Source: a virus
Lineage: Duplodnaviria > Caudoviricetes
Reading direction: 5' to 3' (one strand)
DNA: 35,753 nt
Virus record (IMG/VR): IMGVR_UViG_3300017909_003568
Location: 1 to 35,753 of that record
Position numbers and translations under genes: made by a program. This document shows positions 1 through 10,019 of this stretch, piece after piece. Numbering within the stretch: position 1 is the stretch's first letter; every line of letters starts with the position of its first letter. The notes under the pieces are model-generated. The model ran no database searches and had not been told where the DNA came from. It saw only the letters and a program-made list of their open reading frames with translations.

Positions 1-124
1 AGTTTTAGCATTACCAGCCGAAGCGTCTGCTGCATAACCTACCATATATTGATTTGGTATTACCATATACTCATTAGCACCTAATAGTTGTGTAATTCTT
101 AAATCTTCTGTGTATTGGTCTATA
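1..124. repeat. Terminal direct repeat, copy 1 (circularisation overlap)
   Basis: 1-124 is identical to 35630-35753 (AGTTTTAGCATTACC...TTGGTCTATA). Confidence 0.95.
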
Positions 125-381
125 TTACTACTATCATTAAACTCGTTAATATGAAATTGTAGCTCAACGCCGACAGGACTATTGTTTTTAATAACAAGTA
201 GCTTAGAACCTTTTAATGCACTAGCATTTGTTTTAGATAGTGTCGCCAGTTCTATAAACCCATCTGTATTGTCTACTTTGTTAATGTTTTGATATACTTC
301 TGTATAATCGTTACTCATAGAGCATAGATAATCTTTGTCCTGCCCTGCTGTTACTGTTAAATTCGCTTCTAATTTTGCCAT
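1..381 (-). CDS. 5' part of a 504-aa virion structural protein that continues across the circular junction into 34496-35629
   Basis: ATG at 381 with GGAG SD; open frame MAKLEANLTVTAGQDKDY...GANEYMVIPNQY joins in frame with the 399-aa ORF at 35695 (equivalent to position 66). Confidence 0.9.
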   Translation of the reverse strand, partial: MAKLEANLTVTAGQDKDYLCSMSNDYTEVYQNINKVDNTDGFIELATLSKTNASALKGSKLLVIKNNSPVGVELQFHINEFNDSSNIDQYTEDLRITQLLGANEYMVIPNQYMVGYAADASAGNAKT

Positions 382-389
382 TTCTTCTC

Positions 390-1178
390 CTATGCTATAT
401 GATACTTGACTTGTACCTGAATATTAATATCGTCTGTGTTTGTTACATTTTCTACAAAACAAGCAATTACTTTACCACTTGTTACACTTGAACTTTGTAT
501 TGTCATATCTATTGATTTTAAAACATTTCTATCTACTGAAGTTGCTTGTCCATCTGCTAATACTGTACCATTAGATAAATTACCATCATTTGTTGTCCCA
601 TCTGCTACCATATCAAAACTATTTAAATGAACATTTATAGTAGTGTCTGTGTCTTGGTCTGTTGATACAAAAACTTTTACTGCATCTATTGTTATATTAA
701 ATGGAACATTAAATAACATATTTACAAGTTCGTCAGTTTGGTTTGTTTTATCTATTGAAGTATTAGGGTCTGTACCACTTCCACCTTGAACTTCTTGTGC
801 TTGATTTGTTCCAAATTCAGCCATTCCGTGAACAGGAACAAAACTATGATACCCTGCTCCAAAAGGTATTAATCTATAAGCACTAAATGTTAATAACTGT
901 GTAGTAGCACTTACTTGTGATGTTCCTACTTTGACTAATGAGTTAGAAGTATCTACTTGTAATATACTTTCATTACTTGAATTTTTAATTTGTAATGTTC
1001 CTGTAGTATTAGTATTTGGTTTTACTCTAAATTGACTATTACTAACTTGAATTGATGATGCAGTTCCCTCGCCATCTTCTATAGTAGAAATTGTACCTGT
1101 AACACCATTTGTTTCATCTGCTACTTTTAATAAACTTTTATATGTATTTGCTGGACTTTTACCTGCTAAACTTCCCAT
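390..1178 (-). CDS. Putative virion structural or tail-fibre-associated protein (262 aa)
   Basis: Ser/Thr/Asn/Gly-rich, beta-strand-like composition; lies downstream of the tail fibre in the structural operon. Confidence 0.6.
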   Translation of the reverse strand: MGSLAGKSPANTYKSLLKVADETNGVTGTISTIEDGEGTASSIQVSNSQFRVKPNTNTTGTLQIKNSSNESILQVDTSNSLVKVGTSQVSATTQLLTFSAYRLIPFGAGYHSFVPVHGMAEFGTNQAQEVQGGSGTDPNTSIDKTNQTDELVNMLFNVPFNITIDAVKVFVSTDQDTDTTINVHLNSFDMVADGTTNDGNLSNGTVLADGQATSVDRNVLKSIDMTIQSSSVTSGKVIACFVENVTNTDDINIQVQVKYHIA

Positions 1179-1321
1179 TATTTATCCTTTTTCTCTTTTG
1201 GCTTTTCCTGATCAGCAATCAAAGATTGTACCATTTCCATAGCACCTATTGTTTTTAGTAGTGCAACTTCTAGTTGATCTTTTTGTTTAGTTAATTGTTC
1301 TAGTTTTTCTTTTAGATCCAT
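1178..1321 (-). CDS. Small coiled-coil protein, 47 aa (possible fibre chaperone); not in the ORF track
   Basis: GGAG SD; MDLKEKLEQLTKQKDQLEVALLKTIGAMEMVQSLIADQEKPKEKKDK; its stop overlaps the next ATG (TAATG). Confidence 0.7.
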   Translation of the reverse strand: MDLKEKLEQLTKQKDQLEVALLKTIGAMEMVQSLIADQEKPKEKKDK

Positions 1322-1329
1322 TTATGCTC

Positions 1330-4041
1330 CTATTTATCTAATGCAAACCAAGAAGTTCCATTACAATATAATGTTATACCACCTCTTGAAGATAACATAA
1401 CATCACTACCACCACTTAAAAATATATCTTGATTTCCTGTGCCTTCATTATGTTCTATAATTATTCTTCCTAATCCTGAATCTACTTTTAATATGTATAA
1501 AATTTGTCCTTGAACACCACCTGTTAATCCTCCAAGTGTATCAGTACCACTTGGTGTACATTCTACTACTGTACAACCTGATACGTCTAAATCATCTGAC
1601 GAATCAGTTAATGATATATGTTTATATGATACAGTACCTTCTACGTCAAGTGTAGTAGTAGGACTTGTGGTACCTATACCTACATTAGCAGAATCGTCAA
1701 TAGTCATCGCTTGAGTTATAACACCATCACCTGTATCATTAGTTTTTACATAAAATTGTAATTCGCCTTTTGCTTGACTTCCTGTTCTTTTATATATAAG
1801 TGAAGCACCCACATCATCTGTTGCAGCACTTGTTAAAAAGGCTAAACCTGTACCTTCGTTAGTATCATTAGCAGGATTTCTTAACAGTAAATGATAATTT
1901 TCAGGCTCATCTGTATCTGCTAAAGCATTATTATTTGATTCTATATGCAAAGGAGCAATAGGACTAGTAGTACCTATACCTACATTACCTGTTCCTGTAA
2001 TTCTCATTTTTTCAGCATTACTAGCGTGAAATACAACATCTGCAGCATCATTACTCCAAATGTTTTCTATTCTCATATTATTGCTACCATCTAATCCTAT
2101 ACCACCTGTTACTGCACCACCATCTTGTGCAAATAATACTTGTGGATTGTCTAATTCATTATCATTATCTGTATCGGCTTCAATTTTTAGTTGAACATCT
2201 CCACTACTAGATGCTAAATGTAATAATGTATCAGGACTTGTAGTACCTATACCTAGATTACCTGCTGTGGTAAGTGCCATTTTATCATTACCTGCAATTT
2301 GCCACTTATAACCAAATAATCCTGTACTGAATGTAGAATCCCAACCTACCCATTGTATATCATCATCAATAAAATATTTACTTCTAATATTATTAGTACC
2401 TTCTGCACTATATAGTATATATGCAATTTCTTCATCATTTGTTGTGCTTGATAATTGTATTGCTTTATCAGGATTTGTTACAAATGTAGCAGTAGCATCA
2501 TCTCCAACGTGTAATAAATGGTTAGGACTTGTGTTACCTATACCTACATTACCATCGCCTTGTAATCTAATAGTTTCTGTAGTTCCATCTCCATCATAAA
2601 TAGAAACAAAACCACTAGTTCCAGGAATTAATCTTATTTCATCTATAAAATTTGTTGGTGCTTGTCCAAGTGTAATTACATCATTTTCTTTGCTAATTAA
2701 ATTTCTTAAATATCCACTTTCTGCTACATATATATTAAAATTTTCTTCTAAAACTAATGCTGCATCATCTTTAGTTTCATTTGTATTAACATAAGTTCCA
2801 CCTTCAATATGAACTGCACCATTTACTTCTAATGTTGCATCAGGACTTGTAGTACCTATACCAACATTTTGATTAGAATCAAGAGTAAACCCTGTTGTTC
2901 CATCTGTTTGTAACTTAATAGTATCTGTAGTAAAATTAATTGCAGTATTATCATCATCATTATGATGTATAAATTGGTCTACACCTATATTTCCTGCTAC
3001 ATCTAATGTATAAGTAGGACTTGTAGTACCTATACCTACTCTATTGTTAGAACTATCTACTTTTAATGTGCTTGTATCTACTGTTAAATCACCTGATATA
3101 TCAACATTAGCATTCATATCTACTGTTGTAGTATTTATCTCTATTTCATTAGCACCATTTTCAGTAGCATTTATAATCAATCTATCTTGGTCGCCATCAA
3201 ATCCTATATAACCTATTCTATCGCCATCATTTTGTAAAAATTGCATATATGACCAAGAATCATCACTTGATTTAAAATTTAATATTGCATCTGTTGCAGT
3301 ATGTATTGTAATTGGACTTGAAAAAGTTTTAATACCTGCTATTGTTTCATTACCTGTTAATCCTACCTTAGTTGCTATACTATTAGTAACTGTAGTAGCA
3401 AAGTTAGCATCATCATTAAGTGCAGCAGCAAGTTCGTTAAGTGTGTCTAGTGTTGCAGGAGCAGAATCTACTAATCCTGCTACTTCGTTATCTACATAGG
3501 CTTTTACTGATTGTTGTGTAGGTATTTTAGTTGCCGAATTTGACGACATATTATCTTCATCTACAAAACTATCTATTGTTATAGATCCATCAGTAAGATT
3601 AGTAAACTCTACATTATCACCATCAAGTGTTAAAGGTGTATTAGTATCGTTTGTAAAATTTAATTTTGTGTTACTTGAAGGTTTATTAATCTTCCAATAA
3701 CCTTGATTGTTTTGCAGTCTAACATAAGATGCTGAGTTTGCTGCTGCTTGAACTCTTAATTGACATTGAGTCCCTGCTTTAGATTGTAATACAAATTGTG
3801 GATATGTATCACTATCTGAAAATACTTTTAAATCACCTTGTATAATTGTGTCTTTGGCTTTTAGTTTACCTTTGACTTCAACTTCGCCATCAACACTACC
3901 ATCAGGTGTAGGCGAGGAAACATTTATTATAGATGCTTCCCCACCAACTTTCAAAGGTTGTTTATCATTAGACAAAGGGTAGCCATCACCTAAAGTGACT
4001 TCATTAACTAATCTACCTTCTTTTGTCTTTTGATATGGCAT
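1330..4041 (-). CDS. Long tail fibre / receptor-binding protein (903 aa)
   Basis: Typical fibre motifs PTQQSVKAYVD and APATLDTLNELAAALNDDANFATT; six (V/L)GIG(T/N)TSP repeats. Confidence 0.85.
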   Translation of the reverse strand: MPYQKTKEGRLVNEVTLGDGYPLSNDKQPLKVGGEASIINVSSPTPDGSVDGEVEVKGKLKAKDTIIQGDLKVFSDSDTYPQFVLQSKAGTQCQLRVQAAANSASYVRLQNNQGYWKINKPSSNTKLNFTNDTNTPLTLDGDNVEFTNLTDGSITIDSFVDEDNMSSNSATKIPTQQSVKAYVDNEVAGLVDSAPATLDTLNELAAALNDDANFATTVTNSIATKVGLTGNETIAGIKTFSSPITIHTATDAILNFKSSDDSWSYMQFLQNDGDRIGYIGFDGDQDRLIINATENGANEIEINTTTVDMNANVDISGDLTVDTSTLKVDSSNNRVGIGTTSPTYTLDVAGNIGVDQFIHHNDDDNTAINFTTDTIKLQTDGTTGFTLDSNQNVGIGTTSPDATLEVNGAVHIEGGTYVNTNETKDDAALVLEENFNIYVAESGYLRNLISKENDVITLGQAPTNFIDEIRLIPGTSGFVSIYDGDGTTETIRLQGDGNVGIGNTSPNHLLHVGDDATATFVTNPDKAIQLSSTTNDEEIAYILYSAEGTNNIRSKYFIDDDIQWVGWDSTFSTGLFGYKWQIAGNDKMALTTAGNLGIGTTSPDTLLHLASSSGDVQLKIEADTDNDNELDNPQVLFAQDGGAVTGGIGLDGSNNMRIENIWSNDAADVVFHASNAEKMRITGTGNVGIGTTSPIAPLHIESNNNALADTDEPENYHLLLRNPANDTNEGTGLAFLTSAATDDVGASLIYKRTGSQAKGELQFYVKTNDTGDGVITQAMTIDDSANVGIGTTSPTTTLDVEGTVSYKHISLTDSSDDLDVSGCTVVECTPSGTDTLGGLTGGVQGQILYILKVDSGLGRIIIEHNEGTGNQDIFLSGGSDVMLSSRGGITLYCNGTSWFALDK

Positions 4042-4319
4042 TAATCTACTCGTAACCCTTTAATAAATCCTCTTACAGCTGATCCTACAAAGTTATCTAG
4101 TAAATCTATAAAGTATGGCTCTATAGTCTTGTTCCATATATCTTTTGTAAATTTCCATTGTGATAAACCTAAAGTCATAAATCTACCAGCCATAAATGTA
4201 AAACCTTCTACCCAAGCACATATTTCTTCGTTTGGGATCTTCTTTAGAATGTATAGTACAATACCGCCACCTGTACCACCCATTAATAAACCTGCATTAT
4301 TTGCTAAAAAATCTAACAT
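4041..4319 (-). CDS. Hypothetical membrane-associated protein (possible lysis accessory)
   Basis: Hydrophobic Gly-rich N-terminus; coupled to the fibre gene; near the lysozyme. Confidence 0.5.
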   Translation of the reverse strand: MLDFLANNAGLLMGGTGGGIVLYILKKIPNEEICAWVEGFTFMAGRFMTLGLSQWKFTKDIWNKTIEPYFIDLLDNFVGSAVRGFIKGLRVD

Positions 4320-4320
4320 A

Positions 4321-4491
4321 TTACTTCTCCTTTTTTAAAATAATTTCTATTATATCAACTCTATTTTTGAGTTGTTTTAACTCTTCGTCTAACTCATTGG
4401 GTTCTTCAACGTATTTTAGGATTTTGTCTAATTTGAATTGTTTGCTGATCAGCTTAACTACAGCATTGATAATCATTTTCTGCACTATCAT
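4321..4491 (-). CDS. Small coiled-coil hypothetical protein (56 aa)
   Basis: ATG at 4491 overlaps the upstream TGA (ATGA); MIVQKMIINAVVKLISKQF... Confidence 0.6.
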   Translation of the reverse strand: MIVQKMIINAVVKLISKQFKLDKILKYVEEPNELDEELKQLKNRVDIIEIILKKEK

Positions 4492-5267
4492 TTCCCATTT
4501 CCATCTACAATCTCTCCCCACAACGAAGTTCTACCATCTATTATCTGTATAATGTGAACTGTAAATAGTCCACCTCTGTAAAAATCTACTATTGCAAAAG
4601 CGTGTGACCAGTTAATACGTCTATGTTCTAACCAATCATTAGCTTCTGCTTTCATATCCTTCAAACATCCAATACTCCATGCAGACTTAGGTCCATCCAT
4701 ATGAGTAGCAGACATTTGTTGAATATCGTGCCAATGCCCATACATAACATTACATCCTAGCTTTCTAAGATGATTAGATGTATGGTATTGCCCACCATAT
4801 TGATGTCCATGATATAGGTATAATTTACCTAATTTTAGGTGTTTTCCAAAGGGAATATACTTATAACCTCTACCTTTTAAGTCTACTGCATTTTTAAACT
4901 TATATTGAGGTATATAAGGATACTTTTCTACACACATATTTAACCAGTTATCGTGGTTACCTTCTGTAATGTATCTTTCCTCACAATTAACCTTATCTAA
5001 GGATTCATCAATCTGATCCATACCAGCATTGACATCTTTTACGTCTTTATCGAAATCTTCTATTAGAAACTCAAGAGGTGGTGCTTTTTTACGTTTATAT
5101 TTCCAAGCCGAAAACGCTGACCATTCACCCACATCACCCAGATCAACATAAGCATCAGGCTTAACTATTTCTATAGTCTTCTTTAATACATTTATTGATG
5201 GTTGATCATGAAGTGGAAAATGTTTGTCAGGCGTTACGATTACACGTTTTACAACACCTTTAGACAT
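4488..5267 (-). CDS. Calcineurin-like metallophosphoesterase
   Basis: All five motifs present: PDKH, LGDVGE, GNHD, HGH, GHWH. Confidence 0.9.
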   Translation of the reverse strand: MSKGVVKRVIVTPDKHFPLHDQPSINVLKKTIEIVKPDAYVDLGDVGEWSAFSAWKYKRKKAPPLEFLIEDFDKDVKDVNAGMDQIDESLDKVNCEERYITEGNHDNWLNMCVEKYPYIPQYKFKNAVDLKGRGYKYIPFGKHLKLGKLYLYHGHQYGGQYHTSNHLRKLGCNVMYGHWHDIQQMSATHMDGPKSAWSIGCLKDMKAEANDWLEHRRINWSHAFAIVDFYRGGLFTVHIIQIIDGRTSLWGEIVDGNGK

Positions 5268-5672
5268 CTAATGCACCTCTTTTACTCTATTACTTAATTC
5301 TTTTGCTCTATTAGGTGTTTGTCTTGCCCATAAACTATCTAGCATTTCTACCGATGCTTCTTCCCATCGTTTATCTTGTAAGTATGCTAATGTTTTTTTG
5401 AACTTAGAAACGCCTGTAACACCTAATTGATAGCACATTTCCATCACAACATCTTTAATCTCTTGTGGCATATACTTATACCAACTGAACTTTAAATTGA
5501 CTCTATCTTCTAACTCTTTTAATTTACGTTCTAGAATAATGTCGCATATATCTCTATCTAATTCTAAATCTTTTATTGCAAAGCCATAACCTATAGTATC
5601 TATTCCTAGACTATCTTTATAGACTACGCCTACATAACCTTCGTGTTGTTTAATACTATCTATTAAACTCAT
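5268..5672 (-). CDS. T4-like lysozyme (GH24) endolysin, 134 aa
   Basis: HEGYVGVVYKDSLGIDTIGYG with the catalytic E-D-T triad; C-terminal SLWARQTPNRA; ATG 5672 overlaps the upstream stop. Confidence 0.9.
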   Translation of the reverse strand: MSLIDSIKQHEGYVGVVYKDSLGIDTIGYGFAIKDLELDRDICDIILERKLKELEDRVNLKFSWYKYMPQEIKDVVMEMCYQLGVTGVSKFKKTLAYLQDKRWEEASVEMLDSLWARQTPNRAKELSNRVKEVH

Positions 5673-5803
5673 TTTTTCTTTTTCTTCTTTTTTGCTTTTT
5701 TCTTCTCTACAACAACTTCCCAATCATCACGATCCATCATCATAGACATTTCTGCCTCTGTAAATTCTTTTACTTCATCATTTAATCTATTTTTAAATTT
5801 CAT
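5669..5803 (-). CDS. Small 44-aa protein with a poly-Lys tail; not in the ORF track
   Basis: GGAG SD; MKFKNRLNDEVKEFTEAEMSMMMDRDDWEVVVEKKKAKKKKKKK; ATGA coupling to the lysozyme. Confidence 0.65.
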   Translation of the reverse strand: MKFKNRLNDEVKEFTEAEMSMMMDRDDWEVVVEKKKAKKKKKKK

Positions 5804-5818
5804 ATAATCTCCATGTTG

Positions 5819-5847
5819 TATAAGGGCGACATTACATCGCCCTTATA
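5819..5847 (-). terminator. Stem-loop downstream of the capsid gene (mRNA stabiliser or weak terminator)
   Basis: Perfect 11-bp inverted repeat TATAAGGGCGA/TCGCCCTTATA; no U-tract on the minus strand. Confidence 0.55.
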
Positions 5848-5867
5848 TATTTTTAAGCTATATCTTA

Positions 5868-6806
5868 TTAATCTAAGATAAATGCTCTTTTTTGTCCAGC
5901 TGTGCTAGAATTTCTAACTTTACAGCCATATACCATATCACCTACAAGTTTAGTACCTAAGTAGTCAATATCGTAATCAGCCTGCATTCTTACACCTTGA
6001 GAGTATGCAATGTGCATACAAGATTTATGAATACAGTATCCGATTGCTGTTTGGTTATCTGCTCCAGCACCTGTGTCCATATCTGTACTAGCAGTTGTTA
6101 CATTAGGTGATACTGCAACAGGCATACCATATAAAGTACCTACTTGACCTGTAGTTGCAAAACCTTGACCTAATGGAGCTCCATTAGTAGCGTAAGATAA
6201 TTGAACAAAGTTAGCTAGATCAGCATAAGCACCAGGAGATAAAACTAAACTCCAATTAGTTAAATCTTGATCTTCTGCTAGAATCTGTGTTAGTATTGAA
6301 TCAAAATTAGCAGCACTAGATAATGCACCACTTAAATCGATTGTATTTATAGCACCACCATCTGCTTTGAACGAATCAAATAGTTGAGATTCTAAATACT
6401 CATCTATTTTTTTAGCTAAAGCATAACCCATTTCTCTAGTATAAATACCAGTAAGGTCATAGTTAGATTGCACTTTTAAAATATCTTCAATTAATACAGC
6501 AGAATAAGTGTGCTGATCAATATTTAAAGTTATTTCTGTTTGTGCAGCACCATCATCACCATAAGATATTTTTGTTTCTGGTGCTTTTGTGCCTGTTGAT
6601 ATTTCATCATATTGTGGTAAGTGTATTACATCGCCACCACCTGCTACGAAACTAGATAAGTCATTTGCATAGTTAGCAAAAACTAATTTTTCTTTCATAG
6701 CCAATTCAATTGCTGGTCCCCAAATCTCTGGAACAAATACGTCATGCGACTTATTTGTAGCATCATTTTGACCACCTGTTGCTATTTTAGCGTTACCGAA
6801 AGCCAT
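5868..6806 (-). CDS. Major capsid protein (HK97 fold, T7/P22/N4-gp56-like)
   Basis: FVPEIW, GDVIHLP, LNIDQHTYSAVLIEDI, YTREMGYALAKKID, DMVYG; follows a scaffold gene. Confidence 0.9.
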   Translation of the reverse strand: MAFGNAKIATGGQNDATNKSHDVFVPEIWGPAIELAMKEKLVFANYANDLSSFVAGGGDVIHLPQYDEISTGTKAPETKISYGDDGAAQTEITLNIDQHTYSAVLIEDILKVQSNYDLTGIYTREMGYALAKKIDEYLESQLFDSFKADGGAINTIDLSGALSSAANFDSILTQILAEDQDLTNWSLVLSPGAYADLANFVQLSYATNGAPLGQGFATTGQVGTLYGMPVAVSPNVTTASTDMDTGAGADNQTAIGYCIHKSCMHIAYSQGVRMQADYDIDYLGTKLVGDMVYGCKVRNSSTAGQKRAFILD

Positions 6807-6822
6807 TTATTTTCTCCAATCG

Positions 6823-7332
6823 TTATTTATTTAACATCTCTTCATGGTATTGCTTTCTTTCTGCTTCAGTCATTTGTGCATAAGGTTTGTCTATTTTAGG
6901 AGTGGCAACACGCCCTCTTAATTCTCTAGACGACTCTTTTGGTACTGAAACAAACTCTTCTACAACAGCTTCGAGAGATGTAAGATCTAAGTTTTCAAAT
7001 TTCTCTCTTTTATTTTCTGGAAGTTTCTCTAACAGTTTAGAATGTCTATTAGCTTTATAATCTCTTGCCCATTCTGCATCAGCACGATCCTTTTCCCATA
7101 ACTCTTTAAACTTTTGTTGTTCAACTAGTTGTTCTTGTTCCTTTGCTTTTGCTTGGGTAGATATTTTTTCTAATTGTGATTTATATTCTTGTTTAGCGTT
7201 TCTTTGCTTTTTACTGTTTTGCACTTCACTTAAATAAAGAGCTTTATAATCAACATTATCGTCTGATTCATGTTGTTCGCCTACTGGCATATTGTCTTGT
7301 TCCTGATCTGGAACTTTATTTTCTTCGGTCAT
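6823..7332 (-). CDS. Capsid scaffolding protein (169 aa)
   Basis: AGGAG SD before ATG 7332; acidic N-terminus, coiled coil, C-terminal MTEAERKQY helix; directly upstream of the MCP. Confidence 0.8.
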   Translation of the reverse strand: MTEENKVPDQEQDNMPVGEQHESDDNVDYKALYLSEVQNSKKQRNAKQEYKSQLEKISTQAKAKEQEQLVEQQKFKELWEKDRADAEWARDYKANRHSKLLEKLPENKREKFENLDLTSLEAVVEEFVSVPKESSRELRGRVATPKIDKPYAQMTEAERKQYHEEMLNK

Positions 7333-7422
7333 ACTGACTCCTATATTTTGTGTATTTTCAATTTTAAAACACAATATCTTGCATTTGTCATACATCGTAA
7401 GTTAAATTAAAGTGGTATTAAA
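7333..7422. promoter_or_regulatory. 90-bp divergent control region between scaffold/MCP and TerL/portal
   Basis: Genes diverge from it; sigma70-like TTGCAT-N18-TAAATT on the plus strand. Confidence 0.5.
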
Positions 7423-8733
7423 ATGCAAGTTTTAAGTGATTATAAACAAAAATGGTTTAATTATTTAGGTTACGAACCTCACGAAGGTCAACGAAAATTG
7501 CACTTTCCTACCAAAGATTCTGCTAGGTTTTTTGTAATGGTTTGTGGGAGGCGTTTCGGGAAGACTACAGCATCGGCAATGGAAGCGACATTCTACGCCT
7601 CCCAGCCGAATCAACGTATATGGCTTGTTGGTCTTTCCTATGATAAAGCCGATTTGATGTTCAGAGAAGTATGGGACAAGATGGTAAAAGGTCGTCAAAA
7701 CGATATTATCAAGGCTTCTGAGAAAGAAAGATATGTTAAATTCAAGTGGGGAACAGTAGTAGAAGCTAAATCTGCCGATAACCCTGATTCACTTGTAGGT
7801 GAAGGGTTGGATCTGTTGATTATAGACGAAGCAGCTAAAGTTAGACCTAGAATTTGGGATATGTATTTATCTCCCACATTATCTGACAGAAAAGGAAAAG
7901 CGATATTTATCTCAACGCCAGAAGGGTTTAATTGGTTATATGATTTGTTTTTGCTTGGAAAAAGTGATGAACTTTGGGAATCACATCAAGCACCATCTTG
8001 GGATAATGGCTTCGCTTTTCCTGATGGTCAAAACGACAGGTTTCTCATTGAGAGAAAACGTAATATGGCTAAAGAGCTTTTTGATCAGGAGTATGGTGCT
8101 CAGTTTACAAGTTTTGAAGGTAGGGTTTATCCTTTTGATAGGAATCTTGATGTCGGTTATTATCCTTACAATCCACATCTTCCTACTTTTTGTAGTATTG
8201 ATTTTGGGTACAGGATGCCTTCTGTGGGATGGTATCAAACATACAGAGTAAATGGACATTGGCATATAAATATGATTGATGAGATAATACACGAAACTAA
8301 CATTAAAACAGATGAATTAGCAGAACGTATAAAAAAGAAGCCATACAGAGTAACAAGATTTTATGGTGATCCAGCAGGATTACAAGCACAAGGACAATCA
8401 GGCGTAGGAGATATAGAGATTTTCAGAAAAAAAGGCATAAATGTAAGAACTATAACTGACAAAGCATCAAGAAGTATAACTGCTGGTGTCAATCACGTTA
8501 GAAGTTTTATAGAAAATGCTAGTGGCGACAGATTCCTACATTTAAACAACAATTGTATTGGTATGGCAGAAGATTTAGAAAGTTATAGGTATCCTGAAGC
8601 ACAAGATAGTAAACCATTAAAACAAGAACCATTAAAAGATGGATACCATGATCATGGATGTGATCAACTAAGGTATTTTTTTATTAACCATTTTCCTATC
8701 AGAAACAGAGAAATTAAAGTGAGGCACAGATAA
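7423..8733 (+). CDS. terL: Terminase large subunit
   Basis: Walker A CGRRFGKT, Walker B LLIIDEAA, motif III ISTPEG, nuclease SIDFG and DHGCDQLRY. Confidence 0.97.
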   Translation: MQVLSDYKQKWFNYLGYEPHEGQRKLHFPTKDSARFFVMVCGRRFGKTTASAMEATFYASQPNQRIWLVGLSYDKADLMFREVWDKMVKGRQNDIIKASEKERYVKFKWGTVVEAKSADNPDSLVGEGLDLLIIDEAAKVRPRIWDMYLSPTLSDRKGKAIFISTPEGFNWLYDLFLLGKSDELWESHQAPSWDNGFAFPDGQNDRFLIERKRNMAKELFDQEYGAQFTSFEGRVYPFDRNLDVGYYPYNPHLPTFCSIDFGYRMPSVGWYQTYRVNGHWHINMIDEIIHETNIKTDELAERIKKKPYRVTRFYGDPAGLQAQGQSGVGDIEIFRKKGINVRTITDKASRSITAGVNHVRSFIENASGDRFLHLNNNCIGMAEDLESYRYPEAQDSKPLKQEPLKDGYHDHGCDQLRYFFINHFPIRNREIKVRHR

Positions 8734-10019
8734 TGTTTGAAATAATAGATATAATAGAAGAAAGTTTACAAAACTTAAAGGTATATAATCATAAAGAACG
8801 AGAAAATTATGTAAATAAACTTTTAGATTACTATAATGGTAATGGAACATCAGATTATATATCATCAAAATTTGATTTAGAGGCTTTTAGGGAAGTGCCA
8901 CCATACGAAGCTAATATCACAAAAAAATTCATAAATAAAATGTCAAGAATCTACACAGTTGGTGCAGATAGGAATGTAAATGAGAAATACACAGACCTTA
9001 CTTATTTAAAAGATTCGAAAATGAAACATATTGAACGTATGACTAGACTGATAGGAACAATAGCTACACGAATTATGTTCATAGATAACGATAAACAATA
9101 TTTTGAGTACCAACCTATTTATTATTTCCACCCATTCTTTGAAGACGATCCATTTAAACCAGTAGCATTAAGTTATCCACTTATGCACAACAGTTACGAT
9201 GTTAGTAATACAGAAAAATCAACATATATACATTGGAATGACGTAGAATACATCATATTTGACGAAGATGGTAATGTTTTAGAGCAAAAAGAACATGGAT
9301 TAGGCGTTTTACCTTTTGTTTTTACACATAGAGAGCATCAAAGTGACAATTTTTATGTAGATGGTGCAAATGATATTGTAAATGCTAATGAGCATATTAA
9401 CATTACTATGACAGAGATGCAATTAGGTTTAAGATTCCAAATGTTTGGACAACCTGTAGTAAGTGGTGCTGATCTGGGAAATAGACAAAGATTCGGCTCA
9501 GATGTTATATTAGAGCTACCACAAGAAGCAAATTATGATATTAAATCGCCTGCAGGTGATATTGAAAAGGTTATAGAAAATGTTAAGTTCCAAATGGAGC
9601 TTGTAGCACAAAATAACCACTTATTTGTACAATTTGCACAAGATGGTGGCGAAACACCTAGTGGTATTGCTCTTAAAATCAAAGATTTAGAGAGATTTGA
9701 GGATTATCAAGACGATTTAGCCTTATTTTCACTATATGAGCATGAAATGTACAAAATTGAACGTATGATAGCACAATCTTTTGGTATTTCTATGCCTGAA
9801 AGACTAAAAATAGACTTTAATGAGCCAGAATATCCAATGACAGTACAGGATCAGATAGCACTTGACAACCATAGACTTAATTTAGGGCTTGTAAATAGAG
9901 CAGAACTAATGGTAGAGTATAATAAAGACCTTACCTTAGAAGAAGCAAGAGCAAAATTAGCCGAAAACGAGCCTCAACCACAACCACAAGAGCAAAATAA
10001 TGATGAAGTTCAAGATTAA
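8733..10019 (+). CDS. Portal protein (SPP1 gp6-like)
   Basis: LLDYYNG, HGLGVLPFVF, SGIALKIK; coupled to terL. Confidence 0.9.
   Translation: MFEIIDIIEESLQNLKVYNHKERENYVNKLLDYYNGNGTSDYISSKFDLEAFREVPPYEANITKKFINKMSRIYTVGADRNVNEKYTDLTYLKDSKMKHIERMTRLIGTIATRIMFIDNDKQYFEYQPIYYFHPFFEDDPFKPVALSYPLMHNSYDVSNTEKSTYIHWNDVEYIIFDEDGNVLEQKEHGLGVLPFVFTHREHQSDNFYVDGANDIVNANEHINITMTEMQLGLRFQMFGQPVVSGADLGNRQRFGSDVILELPQEANYDIKSPAGDIEKVIENVKFQMELVAQNNHLFVQFAQDGGETPSGIALKIKDLERFEDYQDDLALFSLYEHEMYKIERMIAQSFGISMPERLKIDFNEPEYPMTVQDQIALDNHRLNLGLVNRAELMVEYNKDLTLEEARAKLAENEPQPQPQEQNNDEVQD

Noticed and set aside
1-124. Terminal repeat as a biological direct terminal repeat
   Set aside because: It falls in the middle of a structural gene; more simply an assembler overlap of a circular or permuted genome
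1330-4041. Diversity-generating retroelement or shufflon acting on the fibre
   Set aside because: No reverse transcriptase or site-specific recombinase; repeats are short, direct and lack adenine-specific variation
5673-5723. N-terminal extension of the lysozyme given in the ORF track
   Set aside because: The region is better explained by the SD-led 44-aa ORF 5669-5803 coupled to ATG 5672
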